A stretch of 64,000 nt of DNA from Candidatus Omnitrophota bacterium (GTDB lineage: Bacteria > Omnitrophota > Gorgyraeia > Zapsychrales > Zapsychraceae): the NCBI GenBank assembly GCA_003528115.1, contig DOGZ01000014.1, forward strand, positions 282,689 to 346,688. Direction: 5' to 3'. The translations under genes were made by a program, and so were the position numbers. The notes below the pieces were generated by a model that was not told the DNA's origin, made no database searches, and saw only the letters and a list, made by a program, of their open reading frames with translations. Positions 12,658 to 23,137 of the stretch are shown piece by piece; the stretch's first letter is position 1, and each line of letters opens with the position of its first letter.

Positions 12658-13851
12658 ATGGCTAAAGAAAAATTTTTACGAAATAAGCCACACTTAAACA
12701 TAGGTACGATTGGTCACGTCGATCATGGAAAAACAACATTGAGCTCAGCGATTACCATGGTTTTACATAAAAAAGGATTGGCTGAGGTTAGAAGTTATGA
12801 TTCCATTGATAATGCTCCTGAAGAAAAAGAACGTGGCGTTACAATCAACATTGCCCACCTTGAATATCAGACAGAAAAAAGACATTATGCTCACATCGAC
12901 TGTCCCGGGCACGCAGATTATATTAAAAACATGATTACCGGTGCTGCTCAGATGGATGGCGCGATTTTAGTTGTAGCCGCTACCGATGGGGCTATGCCTC
13001 AGACAAAAGAGCATATCCTTTTGGCCCGCCAAGTTAACGTTCCTTACATTGTTGTGTTTATGAATAAATGTGATCAGGTTGAAGATCCAGAACTTTTAGA
13101 TCTTGTTGAATTGGAATTGAGAGAGCTTTTATCAAAGTATGAGTTCGATGGTGATAAAACGCCTATTATTAGAGGTAGCGCGTTACAGGCCTTAGAAAAC
13201 CCTGAAGATCCTGTGAAGGTAAAACCAATTTTAGATTTGATGAAAGCGGTGGATGATTATATAATTGAACCCGTCAGAGAGCTTGATAAACCTTTTCTCA
13301 TGGCTGTTGAAGACGTTTTTTCAATTTCAGGGCGTGGGACAGTTGCTACCGGAAGAATCGAAAGAGGAAAAGTTAAAGTTGGTGAAGAAGTCGATGTCGT
13401 TGGTGTTAAAAAAGAAATCGTTAAAACGGTCGTTACTGGTGTTGAAATGTTTCGTAAAGAATTGGATCAGGGGCAGGCTGGTGACAACGTCGGGCTTCTT
13501 TTGAGAGGTATTGATAAGAAAGCAATTGAAAGAGGCCAGGTATTAGCTTATCCAGGTTCAATCAAACCGCACACTAAGTTTAGAGCAAAGGCATATATCT
13601 TGACGAAAGAAGAAGGCGGACGGCATACGCCATTTTTCAAAGGTTATAGACCACAATTTTATTTCCGAACAACAGATGTTACAGGAACAGCAGAACTTCC
13701 AGCCGGTGTTGAAATGTGTATGCCGGGGGACAACGTAGAATTAATTGTTGAATTGATTGTTCCAATTGCTATTGAAAAAGAACTTCGATTCGCTATCCGA
13801 GAAGGTGGGCGTACGGTTGGAGCCGGTGTAATTCATGAAATTCTCGCTTAA
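12658..13851 (+). CDS. tuf: Elongation factor Tu
   Basis: 397 aa with [30 protein letters not shown] upstream. Confidence 0.97.
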   Translation: MAKEKFLRNKPHLNIGTIGHVDHGKTTLSSAITMVLHKKGLAEVRSYDSIDNAPEEKERGVTINIAHLEYQTEKRHYAHIDCPGHADYIKNMITGAAQMDGAILVVAATDGAMPQTKEHILLARQVNVPYIVVFMNKCDQVEDPELLDLVELELRELLSKYEFDGDKTPIIRGSALQALENPEDPVKVKPILDLMKAVDDYIIEPVRELDKPFLMAVEDVFSISGRGTVATGRIERGKVKVGEEVDVVGVKKEIVKTVVTGVEMFRKELDQGQAGDNVGLLLRGIDKKAIERGQVLAYPGSIKPHTKFRAKAYILTKEEGGRHTPFFKGYRPQFYFRTTDVTGTAELPAGVEMCMPGDNVELIVELIVPIAIEKELRFAIREGGRTVGAGVIHEILA

Positions 13852-13902
13852 ATGTTGTTAAATGAGAATGTCTTGTAAGAGAAGAAGGATAAATAAGAAG
13901 TT

Positions 13903-14205
13903 ATGCAAAAGATACGTATAAAATTAAAAGCATTTGATCATAGACTGATTGATCAGTCGGCTCAAGAAATTATCGATACGGCAATTCGTACTGGAGCAAA
14001 AGTTTCTGGTCCAGTCCCTTTGCCGACAAAAAAGGAGCTTTATACAGTTCTTAGGTCTCCTGTTATAGATAAGAAATCGCGTGAGCAATTCAGTATTGCC
14101 ACACATAAAAGACTAATTGATCTTGTCGAACCAACGGCCAAAACAGTGGAGGCCTTACGAAAACTTAATCTCCCCGCAGGGGTTGATGTTGAAATCAAGC
14201 AATGA
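13903..14205 (+). CDS. rpsJ: 30S ribosomal protein S10
   Basis: 100 aa [19 protein letters not shown]... canonical S10. Confidence 0.95.
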   Translation: MQKIRIKLKAFDHRLIDQSAQEIIDTAIRTGAKVSGPVPLPTKKELYTVLRSPVIDKKSREQFSIATHKRLIDLVEPTAKTVEALRKLNLPAGVDVEIKQ

Positions 14206-14215
14206 GAAAAAAAAT

Positions 14216-14938
14216 ATGATTCAGGGTTTATTAGGTAAAAAAATTGGAATGACACAGATTTTCGATAAAGAGGGGAATGTGATTCCTGTGACTCTTGTCG
14301 AAACTGGCCCATGTACAATCTTAGAACTTAAAGAATCTCCCAATAAAATTAAGTTAGGTTTCGATCCTATCAAGGAATCGAAAGTCAGAAAACCACGACG
14401 TGGTTTCTTTAAGAAAATTGGCATCACACCCATGAGAATTGTTAGAGAGGTTACTTCTTTAGATAATAAAGATTATAAAGTTGGTCAAGAACTAAAAGCT
14501 GACTTCTTCAAACCGGGTGATTATGTGGATGTCACGGGTACTTCTATTGGAAAGGGATTCCAGGGCGGTATGAAACGCTGGAATTGGTCTGGAGGTGGTG
14601 CTACACATGGTTCTATGCATCATAGACGGGTAGGATCTATTGGGGCTAGTACGGCTCCGGGGAGGACATTGAAAGGGCAACATATGCCTGGGCATATGGG
14701 ACATAAAAGAACGACCGTTCAGGGTTTAAGGGTCATGGGTGTCGAGGTAGAGAAGAATTTAGTCATCATTAAGGGTGCTATTCCTGGGCATAATCATGGA
14801 GATGTTTTGATTAATCGATCATTCAAGAGACAATTTAAATCGTTGGATGAAAAGAAATCTATCGTAATACATAAAGTTAATCCTATGAAACAAAGTAAAG
14901 CCAAAACTGGCTCTGCGGCTAAAAAGAGCAAAGGATAG
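14216..14938 (+). CDS. rplC: 50S ribosomal protein L3 (with C-terminal Lys-rich extension)
   Basis: [17 protein letters not shown]... canonical L3 start at 14216. The ORF-track start at 14117 overlaps rpsJ and is unlikely. Confidence 0.88.
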   Translation: MIQGLLGKKIGMTQIFDKEGNVIPVTLVETGPCTILELKESPNKIKLGFDPIKESKVRKPRRGFFKKIGITPMRIVREVTSLDNKDYKVGQELKADFFKPGDYVDVTGTSIGKGFQGGMKRWNWSGGGATHGSMHHRRVGSIGASTAPGRTLKGQHMPGHMGHKRTTVQGLRVMGVEVEKNLVIIKGAIPGHNHGDVLINRSFKRQFKSLDEKKSIVIHKVNPMKQSKAKTGSAAKKSKG

Positions 14939-14943
14939 TAAAA

Positions 14944-15570
14944 GTGGTAAAGTTTCCCGTTATAGATATAAATGGAAAAGAAAAAGAAGTTCTTGATCTC
15001 CCTGATGACATGTTTCCAGTCCACACTAAAACGGGTGTAGTCCATCAGGCGATAGTAAAATACCAGGCCAGTCTTCGTCAGGGAAACGCGTCAACGAAAG
15101 TCAGATCTGAAGTTTCTGGTGGAGGAAAGAAACCGTTTCGTCAAAAGGGCACTGGCCGCGCTCGCGCTGGATCTAGCCGTTCTCCTCTATGGCATGGGGG
15201 TGGGATTGTGTTCGGTCCACATCCACGAGATTTTAGTTATACATTGCCTAAAAGAATTAAAAGGGTTGCGTTGCGGGAAAGTCTTAATGCTAAATATCAG
15301 AAAAAAAATTTACTATGTGTTGACGATTTTAAAGACGCTTTTCAGAAAACAAAAGATTTTGCTAAAGTTCTAAAAACTTTCAATCTTAAAGGTAAAACAT
15401 TGGCAATTTTAGATGGAAGTGATCCTAGTATTGAGAGAGTATCACGTAATATCCCTTATTTCACTTTAATGCGTTCCGCTGATGTCAATGCCTACGATAT
15501 TTTAAAAAACAATAATGTTTTACTCACAAAAACAGCTTTTAAGAGTTTAATAGACCGGATAAAAAAATGA
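14944..15570 (+). CDS. rplD: 50S ribosomal protein L4
   Basis: 208 aa, GTG start, L4 motifs (KGTGRARAGS..SPLWHGGG). Confidence 0.9.
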   Translation: MVKFPVIDINGKEKEVLDLPDDMFPVHTKTGVVHQAIVKYQASLRQGNASTKVRSEVSGGGKKPFRQKGTGRARAGSSRSPLWHGGGIVFGPHPRDFSYTLPKRIKRVALRESLNAKYQKKNLLCVDDFKDAFQKTKDFAKVLKTFNLKGKTLAILDGSDPSIERVSRNIPYFTLMRSADVNAYDILKNNNVLLTKTAFKSLIDRIKK

Positions 15571-15845
15571 TTACATGTTTTGATATTATAAATACCCTGC
15601 TTCGTACAGAAAAAGGTGCGATGTTTGAACCTGGGAGGCAATATCTCTTTAAGGTCGCAAGAGACGCTAATAAGATTGAAATTAAAAAGGCTGTTGAGGA
15701 AATTTATAAAGTAAAAGTTCAATCGGTTAATACCTCTGTTGTCCCAGGTAAATTAAAGAAGGTACGTCATATCCAGGGAAGAACATCCCCATGGAAAAAG
15801 GCAATGGTGACGTTGAAGGAAGGTTCAAAAATAGATGTCACGTAA
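15567..15845 (+). CDS. rplW: 50S ribosomal protein L23
   Basis: 92 aa L23-like. ATGA overlap with rplD. Confidence 0.9.
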   Translation: MITCFDIINTLLRTEKGAMFEPGRQYLFKVARDANKIEIKKAVEEIYKVKVQSVNTSVVPGKLKKVRHIQGRTSPWKKAMVTLKEGSKIDVT

Positions 15846-15914
15846 GTTTGATCAATACAACAAAGAAAATTTTAATAACCACAGCAGTTTAATTAGAAAT
15901 ATAAAGTTAAGAAA

Positions 15915-16754
15915 ATGGGATTAAAAAAATTCAAACCAACAACAAATGGATTAAGACATACGGTCATTTCCGATTTTGCCGAGATTACTAAATCAAGACC
16001 GGAGAAATCTTTATTGAAGCCTTTAAAGAAATCAGGCGGTCGGAATATGTACGGGCGCATTACGACTCGATTCCGTGGTGGTGGACATAAACGGATGTAT
16101 CGTTTAATTGATTTTAAACGAGAACGAATTGATATTGAAGCGGAGGTATTAGCAATTGAGTATGATCCTAATCGCTCTTCTCGTATTGCTTTAATCCAAT
16201 ATTCTGATGGGGCGAAATCATATATTCTTGCTCCATTAGAACTGAAAGTTGGAGATAAAATAGTCAGTACATTTGATAAAGACATTGAATTTAAGCCAGG
16301 GAATTGTTTACCTCTAAAACGAATTCCATTAGGGACAGCCGTTCATAATATAGAATTAACACCCGGAAGGGGAGGACAGATAGCTCGTTCAGCAGGGACA
16401 TCAGCGCAAATTATGGCCAAAGAAGGTGAGTATGCCTTTATCCGAATGCCCTCTAGCGAAGTTCGAAAAATTCGTATAGAATGTCGCTCAACAATTGGAC
16501 AAATTGGTAATGTGGAACATGAAACCCGATCATTCGGAAAGGCAGGAAGGGTTCGATGGTTAGGGCGACGAAGTCATGTGCGTGGTGTCGCTATGAATCC
16601 TGTTGATCACCCGCATGGTGGTGGAGAAGGAAAAGCGCCTCAAGGTAATCCTCATCCGGTTTCACCTTGGGGACAGATTGCAAAAGGGTTAAAAACGCGC
16701 AAGAGAAAAAAATATTCAACTAAATATATCGTAAGAAGAAGAGGATCTAAGTAA
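15915..16754 (+). CDS. rplB: 50S ribosomal protein L2
   Basis: 279 aa L2 with conserved [19 protein letters not shown] and HPHGGGEGK. Confidence 0.96.
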   Translation: MGLKKFKPTTNGLRHTVISDFAEITKSRPEKSLLKPLKKSGGRNMYGRITTRFRGGGHKRMYRLIDFKRERIDIEAEVLAIEYDPNRSSRIALIQYSDGAKSYILAPLELKVGDKIVSTFDKDIEFKPGNCLPLKRIPLGTAVHNIELTPGRGGQIARSAGTSAQIMAKEGEYAFIRMPSSEVRKIRIECRSTIGQIGNVEHETRSFGKAGRVRWLGRRSHVRGVAMNPVDHPHGGGEGKAPQGNPHPVSPWGQIAKGLKTRKRKKYSTKYIVRRRGSK

Positions 16755-16755
16755 T

Positions 16756-17043
16756 ATGGCACGCTCACTTAAAAAGGGCCCATATGTTGAAGAGGGTTTA
16801 TTGAATAAATTAAATAAAATGATCAGCTCAGGCCAGAGGCAGCCCATAAAAACATGGTCAAGACGTTCAATGATAGCACCAGAATTTGTCGGCTATACGA
16901 TATCTGTTCATGATGGGCGTAAACATGTCCCCATTTTTATAACAGAAAATATGGTTGGTTATAAATTTGGGGAGTTCGCTCCGACACGAACATTCAGAAA
17001 ACATGGCGGGGTAAAGGCGAAGAAGGCCGCCCAAAAAACTTAA
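16756..17043 (+). CDS. rpsS: 30S ribosomal protein S19
   Basis: 95 aa with [11 protein letters not shown] and [19 protein letters not shown]. Confidence 0.95.
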   Translation: MARSLKKGPYVEEGLLNKLNKMISSGQRQPIKTWSRRSMIAPEFVGYTISVHDGRKHVPIFITENMVGYKFGEFAPTRTFRKHGGVKAKKAAQKT

Positions 17044-17079
17044 ATTAAATAAATTATAATCAAATTAAAGACTAAGAAA

Positions 17080-17415
17080 ATGATAGCACAAGCTAAAGGA
17101 AAATATGTAAGAGTTTCACCCATGAGGGCAAGACAAGTCGTTGATTTAATCCGAGGGAAGGATGTCCCTTCATCTTTGGCGATTCTCACGCATCTTAATA
17201 AAGGTTGTTCAAAGACAATTAATAAGATTCTAGGTTCTGCAGTTAGCAATGCTAAACAAAAAGGGTTAAGTGAGGAGCAGCTGTTTGTTTCTAAAATTAC
17301 AGCTAACCAAGGTTCTGTGTGGAAAAGATATAGAGCCGCATCGTTTGGCCGTGCAATGAAAATTCAAAAAAAGACAACACATATAATAATCGAACTCGAC
17401 TTAATTACAAAATGA
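17080..17415 (+). CDS. rplV: 50S ribosomal protein L22
   Basis: 111 aa L22-like (VSPMRARQVVDLIRGK...). Confidence 0.93.
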   Translation: MIAQAKGKYVRVSPMRARQVVDLIRGKDVPSSLAILTHLNKGCSKTINKILGSAVSNAKQKGLSEEQLFVSKITANQGSVWKRYRAASFGRAMKIQKKTTHIIIELDLITK

Positions 17416-17427
17416 GGGGTTAAAAAC

Positions 17428-18120
17428 GTGGGTCAAAAAGTTAGTCCTATTATTTTAAGAATTGGTTATATCGAAAATTGGAGAAGCCTTTGGTTTGCGG
17501 ATAAAAATGAGTTTCGAAAAAATGTTATCGAAGATCAAAAGATTAGATTATTTATAAAAAAACGTTTTGCTCAGGCTGCCGTCTCAAAAATTGTTATTGA
17601 GCGTTTGGCTGAAAAAGTTAAAATTATCATTCATACAGCTAGGCCGGGGGTAATCATTGGACGCCGTGGGGCGGACATAGATCGATTAAAGGCCGAATTA
17701 GCAAACATATCCTCAAAAGAGATTTCTATCGAACCACGTGAGGTCAAGAATCCCTCTGTCGATGCTCAATTGGTAGCTCAAAATATTGTCTTTCAATTAG
17801 AAAAAAGGGTTGCTTTTCGTCGGGCGATGAAAAGAGCTATTGACAATTGTATGAGTGCAGGGGCAAAGGGAATTAAAATCAGATGCGCAGGACGTCTTAA
17901 CGGTGCTGAAATGGCGAGGCAAGAAGTTTATAAAGAAGGAAAACTCCCTTTACAAACGTTTAGGGCTCAAATTGATTTCGGTTTTGCTGAGGCCTTGACA
18001 ACTTATGGGCTTCTCGGTGTCAAGGTGTGGATTTATAAAGGGGATATTATTAAAGAGATTAAACGACAAGGGCCTGTGGCTGTCATAAACAAAGTGGCTA
18101 AAGAGGATTCTGCGGAATAG
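17428..18120 (+). CDS. rpsC: 30S ribosomal protein S3
   Basis: 230 aa, GTG start, MGQKVSPIILRIGY..., KH domain. Confidence 0.93.
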   Translation: MGQKVSPIILRIGYIENWRSLWFADKNEFRKNVIEDQKIRLFIKKRFAQAAVSKIVIERLAEKVKIIIHTARPGVIIGRRGADIDRLKAELANISSKEISIEPREVKNPSVDAQLVAQNIVFQLEKRVAFRRAMKRAIDNCMSAGAKGIKIRCAGRLNGAEMARQEVYKEGKLPLQTFRAQIDFGFAEALTTYGLLGVKVWIYKGDIIKEIKRQGPVAVINKVAKEDSAE

Positions 18121-18146
18121 TTTTATCGTGAAAATAGGAAAATAAA

Positions 18147-18569
18147 ATGGTTTTAATGCCAAGAAAAGTTAAATTTCGTAAATCCCAAAAAGGCAAAACT
18201 CGTGGAATTGCAACTGTTGGATGCAAAATGCATTTCGGCGAATACGGGGTCAAGGCTCTGGAAAATGGCCTCATACAGGCAAATCATATTGAAGCCTGCC
18301 GGGTTGTTGTGGCCAGAAAAATGAAGGGCGCAGGTAAATTGTGGATCAATATCTTCCCGCATAAACCTGTTTCTAAAAAACCCGCGGAAACACGTATGGG
18401 AAAAGGGAAGGGCGACCTTGATCATTGGGTGGCTGTTGTCAAAAGAGGGAAAGTCTTGTTTGAGATGAGTGGTGTCCCGGAAGATTTTGCCAAAAAAATA
18501 TTTCGGTTAGTGGCGTTTAAGTTGCCTTTAAGAACAAAATTTATTTCAAGAATGGGAAGTCAGACGTAA
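18147..18569 (+). CDS. rplP: 50S ribosomal protein L16
   Basis: 140 aa MVLMPRKVKFRKSQKGKTRG... canonical L16. Confidence 0.95.
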   Translation: MVLMPRKVKFRKSQKGKTRGIATVGCKMHFGEYGVKALENGLIQANHIEACRVVVARKMKGAGKLWINIFPHKPVSKKPAETRMGKGKGDLDHWVAVVKRGKVLFEMSGVPEDFAKKIFRLVAFKLPLRTKFISRMGSQT

Positions 18570-18596
18570 TAATTTTATATTAATTGAAGGGATTTT

Positions 18597-18794
18597 ATGA
18601 AAGCCAAGGAATTAAGGGGAATAAGTACAGAAGAATTGGCTCAGAAGGAAAAGGGTTTGAAGAAAGAGCTTTTTGAACTTAATTACCAGCGTAAAATGGG
18701 GATTGTTGAAAAGCCTTCCCGGTTTAAAACTATAAGAAGAGAAATCGCTAGAATTTTTACTATCGCAAGAGAAAGAGCCTTAGAGAAGAAATAA
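18597..18794 (+). CDS. rpmC: 50S ribosomal protein L29
   Basis: 65 aa with typical L29 N-terminus (MKAKELRGISTEELAQKEKGLKKELFELNYQ). Confidence 0.9.
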   Translation: MKAKELRGISTEELAQKEKGLKKELFELNYQRKMGIVEKPSRFKTIRREIARIFTIARERALEKK

Positions 18795-18823
18795 ATAAGG
18801 CTATTTAAATAAATGAAAGGTTA

Positions 18824-19093
18824 ATGATGACTGACTTGGAAAATCGTAAAAATAGGAGAAAGTTTCTACAAGGTATTGTTGTTAGCGATAAAATGAATAA
18901 GACCCGCGTGATCCAAGTCAGATGGACATACAAACATGCTAAATACAATAAAGTTATCAGGGCAGCCTCTAAATACCAAGCCCATGACGAAAAGAATGAA
19001 TCAAGACAGGGAGATGTTGTACGTATTATGGAAACAAGGCCTCTCTCAAAAGAAAAGCGTTGGGTAATCCTTGAAGTCATTAAAGGGAATTAA
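18824..19093 (+). CDS. rpsQ: 30S ribosomal protein S17
   Basis: 89 aa, GIVVSDKMNKTRVIQV...RWVI conserved S17 OB-fold. Confidence 0.92.
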   Translation: MMTDLENRKNRRKFLQGIVVSDKMNKTRVIQVRWTYKHAKYNKVIRAASKYQAHDEKNESRQGDVVRIMETRPLSKEKRWVILEVIKGN

Positions 19094-19117
19094 TACTGTG
19101 TACCAAGAGGTATCTAT

Positions 19118-19486
19118 ATGATTTATATGAAGACAATATTAAATGTGGCGGACAATACGGGCGCACGAAAAGCCTCTATGATTGGTGTTCTTAACAGTAA
19201 GGGAAGACGATGTGCCCATATTGGAGATATTGTAAGAGTTAATATTAAGGAATCCGCCCCGGAGGCCGCTATAAAAAAAGGTGAAAAAGCAAGAGGGATT
19301 ATCGTTCGAACAAAATGTCCTATTAGACGTTCAGACGGGACATACGTTAAATTTGATACAAACGCGGTTGTAATTATCGACGAAGCAGGAAATCCTAAAG
19401 GGACTCGTGTCTTCGGGCCCGTTGCGCGTGAATTGCGGAATATGAATTATATGAAAATCGTATCTTTAGCTCCAGAGGTGGTTTAA
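19118..19486 (+). CDS. rplN: 50S ribosomal protein L14
   Basis: 122 aa with LNVADNTGARK.. canonical L14. Confidence 0.93.
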   Translation: MIYMKTILNVADNTGARKASMIGVLNSKGRRCAHIGDIVRVNIKESAPEAAIKKGEKARGIIVRTKCPIRRSDGTYVKFDTNAVVIIDEAGNPKGTRVFGPVARELRNMNYMKIVSLAPEVV

Positions 19487-19487
19487 C

Positions 19488-19799
19488 ATGCTGCGTATTA
19501 AGAAAAATGATCAAGTTGTCGTCATAACAGGAAAAGATAAAGGTAAGACAGGACGAGTTCTAAGAATTCTTCCTGAAGAAAGTCGTGCCATTGTTGAGCA
19601 TATCAATGTTGTAAAAAAATCTCAGAAAAAAAATCAGCAAAATCCGCAGGGGGGATTTATTGAGAGAGAAGCCTCCATTCATATTTCTAACATTATGCTG
19701 TTAGACAAGAAAACAAATAAGCCAACCCGTTTTGGTGTATCCATTCTTAAAGATGGAACCAAGGTCAGGATGAGCAAGAAAAGTGGCGAGGTGCTATAG
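19488..19799 (+). CDS. rplX: 50S ribosomal protein L24
   Basis: 103 aa with KKNDQVVVITGKDKGKTGRV (KOW motif). Confidence 0.93.
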   Translation: MLRIKKNDQVVVITGKDKGKTGRVLRILPEESRAIVEHINVVKKSQKKNQQNPQGGFIEREASIHISNIMLLDKKTNKPTRFGVSILKDGTKVRMSKKSGEVL

Positions 19800-19800
19800 G

Positions 19801-20346
19801 ATGATCCCGCGATTGCAGAAGAAATATAAAGAAGAATGCATTGTTAAGATGCAAGAGAAATTTGGTATTAAGAACTATTTGGCTGTCCCCAAATTAGAGA
19901 AGATTATTGTTAGCATGGGCGTCGGTAAGGCCATCAGTGATATGAAAATTCTGGATAGCGCTGTTCAAGATTTGAGTATAATCACGGGACAGAAGCCCCT
20001 AGTGACGAGGTCAAAAAAAGCCATTTCCAATTTTAAATTAAGAGAAAATTTGTCTATAGGATGCAAAGTCACCCTCCGTCGTTCAAGAATGTATGAGTTT
20101 TTGGATCGCCTCGTTAATGTAACCTTGCCTAGAATCCGAGATTTTAATGGCGTATCAAGAAAGTCTTTTGACGCCCAAGGAAATTATAATATGGGTATAG
20201 AAGAACAATCCATATTTCCAGAAATTGACGTTGCAAAAGTATCTCATACACAAGGAATGAATATTACTTTTGTTTTTAATCAAGGAACTAAAGAACAAAC
20301 GCATGAACTTTTAAGTCTTTTAGGAATGCCTTTTTCCAAGAAGTAA
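19801..20346 (+). CDS. rplE: 50S ribosomal protein L5
   Basis: MIPRLQKKYKEE... matches the L5 N-terminus. ATG at 19801 sits right after the rplX stop; the ORF-track GTG at 19783 would overlap rplX. Confidence 0.88.
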   Translation: MIPRLQKKYKEECIVKMQEKFGIKNYLAVPKLEKIIVSMGVGKAISDMKILDSAVQDLSIITGQKPLVTRSKKAISNFKLRENLSIGCKVTLRRSRMYEFLDRLVNVTLPRIRDFNGVSRKSFDAQGNYNMGIEEQSIFPEIDVAKVSHTQGMNITFVFNQGTKEQTHELLSLLGMPFSKK

Positions 20347-20403
20347 TAAACGACGGGTTATCGAATTTCTGGATCAGTAAATAATTGGGTGGGAGTATAA
20401 ATT

Positions 20404-20589
20404 ATGGCAAAAAAAGCGTTAGTTAATAAGTCTCGTATTAAACCGAAATTTTCGACGAGACAGCATAATCGATGTCAGTTATGCGGTCGTCCAAAAGGGT
20501 ATTTACGTCGGTTTGGTGTTTGTCGTATTTGTTTCAGAGAACTCGCTTGGAAAGGTGAGATCCCAGGGGTTAAAAAAGCAAGCTGGTAA
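20404..20589 (+). CDS. rpsN: 30S ribosomal protein S14, type Z (zinc-binding)
   Basis: 61 aa with [25 protein letters not shown], a C4 Zn ribbon typical of short-form S14. Confidence 0.93.
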   Translation: MAKKALVNKSRIKPKFSTRQHNRCQLCGRPKGYLRRFGVCRICFRELAWKGEIPGVKKASW

Positions 20590-20606
20590 TTAAAGGGGTA
20601 GAAGTT

Positions 20607-21002
20607 ATGTCATTGAGTGATCCAATCAGTAACATGTTAACAAATATTCGTAATGCCAATCAAGTTAAGAAAGAAACGGTGGATATCCCCGCCTCAAAAT
20701 TGATAGGCAAAATTTTAGAAATCTTCAAAGCGGACGGGTATATAGAAGATTTCCGCCTTATGAAGAATAACGTGCAGGGTGTTTATAAAGTTTATTTGAA
20801 GTATGAAGCTAAGAAGTCGGTAATTACAGGAATCAAAAGAATTTCTAAGCCAGGTTTAAGAGTTTACACACAACGAAAATCAGTTCCGCGTGTTTTAAAT
20901 GGATTGGGCACAGCTGTGATCTCTACGTCAAAGGGCGTATTAGATGACCGACATGCCCGCCAATTAAATATAGGCGGAGAAATATTGTGTTATATTTGGT
21001 AG
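20607..21002 (+). CDS. rpsH: 30S ribosomal protein S8
   Basis: 131 aa MSLSDPISNMLTNIRNA... canonical S8. Confidence 0.95.
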   Translation: MSLSDPISNMLTNIRNANQVKKETVDIPASKLIGKILEIFKADGYIEDFRLMKNNVQGVYKVYLKYEAKKSVITGIKRISKPGLRVYTQRKSVPRVLNGLGTAVISTSKGVLDDRHARQLNIGGEILCYIW

Positions 21003-21009
21003 GTGAATT

Positions 21010-21549
21010 ATGTCAAGAATAGGTAAGATCCCCGTAATTGTTCCAAAAGATGTAAAAATTAATGTGAAAGACAGCCTTGTGCATCTGGAAGGCACGAAAG
21101 GCAAATTGGATTTAAGTGTACCACATGGAATTAGTGTCGAAGTAGCCAATGACCGATTGTTGGTAAATAGAAATTCGAATACAAAACAATCTCGTGCGAA
21201 TCATGGAACTATTCGGGCTCGGTTAGCCAATATGATTACGGGTGTTACAAAAGGGCATAAGAAAGAATTAGAAATTCAGGGGATTGGTTTTCGCGCGCAG
21301 TTGCAAGGCTCCAAGATAGTTTTTGTATTGGGATTTAGTCATCCCGTAGAATTTGAAATTCCTAAAGATGTTAAAGTGATGGTTCCGACACAAACTTCTA
21401 TTATTATAGAAGGCGCAGACAAAGAAAAAGTGGGTCAAATTGCAGCAAGTATTCGGAATTTGAAACCAGTGGAACCCTATAAGGGGAAGGGGATTCGATA
21501 TTTAGGAGAAGCCGTTAGAAGGAAGCAAGGAAAATCTGTAACAAAATAA
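21010..21549 (+). CDS. rplF: 50S ribosomal protein L6
   Basis: 179 aa MSRIGKIPVIVPKDVKI... canonical L6. Confidence 0.95.
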   Translation: MSRIGKIPVIVPKDVKINVKDSLVHLEGTKGKLDLSVPHGISVEVANDRLLVNRNSNTKQSRANHGTIRARLANMITGVTKGHKKELEIQGIGFRAQLQGSKIVFVLGFSHPVEFEIPKDVKVMVPTQTSIIIEGADKEKVGQIAASIRNLKPVEPYKGKGIRYLGEAVRRKQGKSVTK

Positions 21550-21609
21550 TTTCAAGAATATCCTTTGGTTTTTGAAAAAAGAAAGAGAAGAATTGTAAGG
21601 AAACGAAGT

Positions 21610-21978
21610 ATGGAAAATAGAATAAGTAAAAAAATTAAAAGGCAATATAGGCACAAAAGAATACGAAAAAATATTTTTGGTTGCTTAGATCGCCCAAGGT
21701 TGTGTGTTCATAAAAGTTTGAAAAATTTTTATGCTCAAATTATTGATGATCAATCCGGAAGGGTGTTGCTTGGGATTTCGACATTGGCAAAAGATTTACG
21801 AAGTAAGATCAAGAATGGGGGGAACGCGAATGCTGCGACTCTTCTTGGTGAGGTCGTAGCAGTGAAGGCTAAAGAAAAAGGAATAATAAAGGTCTGTTTT
21901 GACCGTGGCGGTTACATGTATCATGGTTGTGTTAAGGCCTTCGCAGAAGCCGCTAGAAAAGGCGGAATGGAGTTTTAA
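21610..21978 (+). CDS. rplR: 50S ribosomal protein L18
   Basis: L18 core ([19 protein letters not shown]...[23 protein letters not shown]). ATG at 21610 gives a typical-length N-terminus; the upstream in-frame start at 21565 is possible. Confidence 0.85.
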   Translation: MENRISKKIKRQYRHKRIRKNIFGCLDRPRLCVHKSLKNFYAQIIDDQSGRVLLGISTLAKDLRSKIKNGGNANAATLLGEVVAVKAKEKGIIKVCFDRGGYMYHGCVKAFAEAARKGGMEF

Positions 21979-21983
21979 GACGA

Positions 21984-22631
21984 ATGAATAAATCGAATGA
22001 AGATAAAGTAAAAGATTTTAAGAATCAAGAAGAGAAAATTGATGTCATTGAAGACGAAGCTGCTGGATTAATTAAGAAAAAATTTGCTAAAAGGAAAAGC
22101 GTTTCACCAAAATCTTCCAAAGAACTTGATGAAATAGAGTTGGCGGCGGTAGAAGCCAGAAAGGCTTTGCCTGTTGCGATTGCCGCAAAGCAGGGAGAAA
22201 TTTCAGAATTTATTGAGAAGGTTATATCCATTAACCGAATTACAAAGGTCACAAAAGGCGGAAAGAAACTTTCCTTTAGCGCGTTAGTTGTCGTTGGTGA
22301 TGCAAAGGGAAAAGTTGGTTACAGTCTGTCTAAAGCAAAAGAAGTGTCGATCGCGATTCGTAAGGCGATGGGAGTGGCGAAAAATAATATGGTCAGGATT
22401 CCTATGAAGGGAACGACAATCCCTCATGAAATAATTGGTGCGTGTGGGGGATCAAGAGTTTTGTTAAAGCCAGCTTCAGATGGAACTGGTATTATCGCCG
22501 CCGGTCCTGTTCGTGCTGTCTGTGACGGAGCTGGGATTCGTAATATTTTAACAAAGTGTCATAGATCAAACAATCCCATTAATGTCGTTAAAGCGACGAT
22601 GGATGGTTTAATGCGCTTAAAATCGGCATAA
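21984..22631 (+). CDS. rpsE: 30S ribosomal protein S5 (with ~50-aa N-terminal extension)
   Basis: S5 core ([31 protein letters not shown]...) preceded by an acidic/Lys-rich extension. Confidence 0.9.
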   Translation: MNKSNEDKVKDFKNQEEKIDVIEDEAAGLIKKKFAKRKSVSPKSSKELDEIELAAVEARKALPVAIAAKQGEISEFIEKVISINRITKVTKGGKKLSFSALVVVGDAKGKVGYSLSKAKEVSIAIRKAMGVAKNNMVRIPMKGTTIPHEIIGACGGSRVLLKPASDGTGIIAAGPVRAVCDGAGIRNILTKCHRSNNPINVVKATMDGLMRLKSA

Positions 22632-22648
22632 CAAGGATAAGAAATCAG

Positions 22649-23128
22649 ATGCAATTGCACGAATTAATATCTCCAAAAGGCTCAAGAAAACGAAGAAAAA
22701 TTGTTGGCCGGGGCCGTGGTTCAGGACATGGAAAGACTTCCTGCCGAGGTCAAAAAGGACAAAAATCCCGTTCAGGACGGGGTATTCTCCGAGGACTTGA
22801 GGGGGGACAAATGCCCCTCATTCGACGTCTTCCAAAAGTGGGTTTTAGAAGTAAACGGCCTATTCTTAATCAAATCGTTAAATTAGGTGATTTAAATCGT
22901 TTTGAAAGCGGAACCGTTATTAATGCTGAATTCCTGAAGACGGAAGGTTTAATTAAAAGTTTGAATAAGCCATTCAAAATCCTTGGCGATGGTGAAATTA
23001 AGAAATCGCTTATTATTCAGGCCGAAAGCCTATCCAAAACGGCTCGTGAAAAAATTACAAAGGCCGGCGGTAAAATCACAAATTTTGATAAAACGTCTGG
23101 GGAAGAAAAACCCGCTGCAAAGAAATAA
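22649..23128 (+). CDS. rplO: 50S ribosomal protein L15
   Basis: 159 aa with Gly/Arg-rich N-terminus (GRGRGSGHGKTSCRGQKGQKSRSG). Follows rpsE directly with no rpmD. Confidence 0.93.
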   Translation: MQLHELISPKGSRKRRKIVGRGRGSGHGKTSCRGQKGQKSRSGRGILRGLEGGQMPLIRRLPKVGFRSKRPILNQIVKLGDLNRFESGTVINAEFLKTEGLIKSLNKPFKILGDGEIKKSLIIQAESLSKTAREKITKAGGKITNFDKTSGEEKPAAKK

Positions 23129-23137
23129 TTTTCGCGC

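Noticed and set aside
13265-13504. 79-aa + strand alternate-frame ORF inside tuf
   Set aside because: Embedded in the EF-Tu coding frame with a Lys/Leu-rich low-complexity translation. Other embedded ORFs are rejected for the same reason: 10571-10801 (fusA), 22701-22886 (rplO), 27568-27804 (rpsD), 53410-53655 (SH3 gene), 59583-59894 (lipoprotein), 60421-60714 and 61015-61209 (uvrB), 48976-49179, 47120-47320.
14117-14215. Extended N-terminus for L3 ([33 protein letters not shown])
   Set aside because: It overlaps the rpsJ 3' end in another frame. The canonical L3 N-terminus [17 protein letters not shown] starts at 14216.
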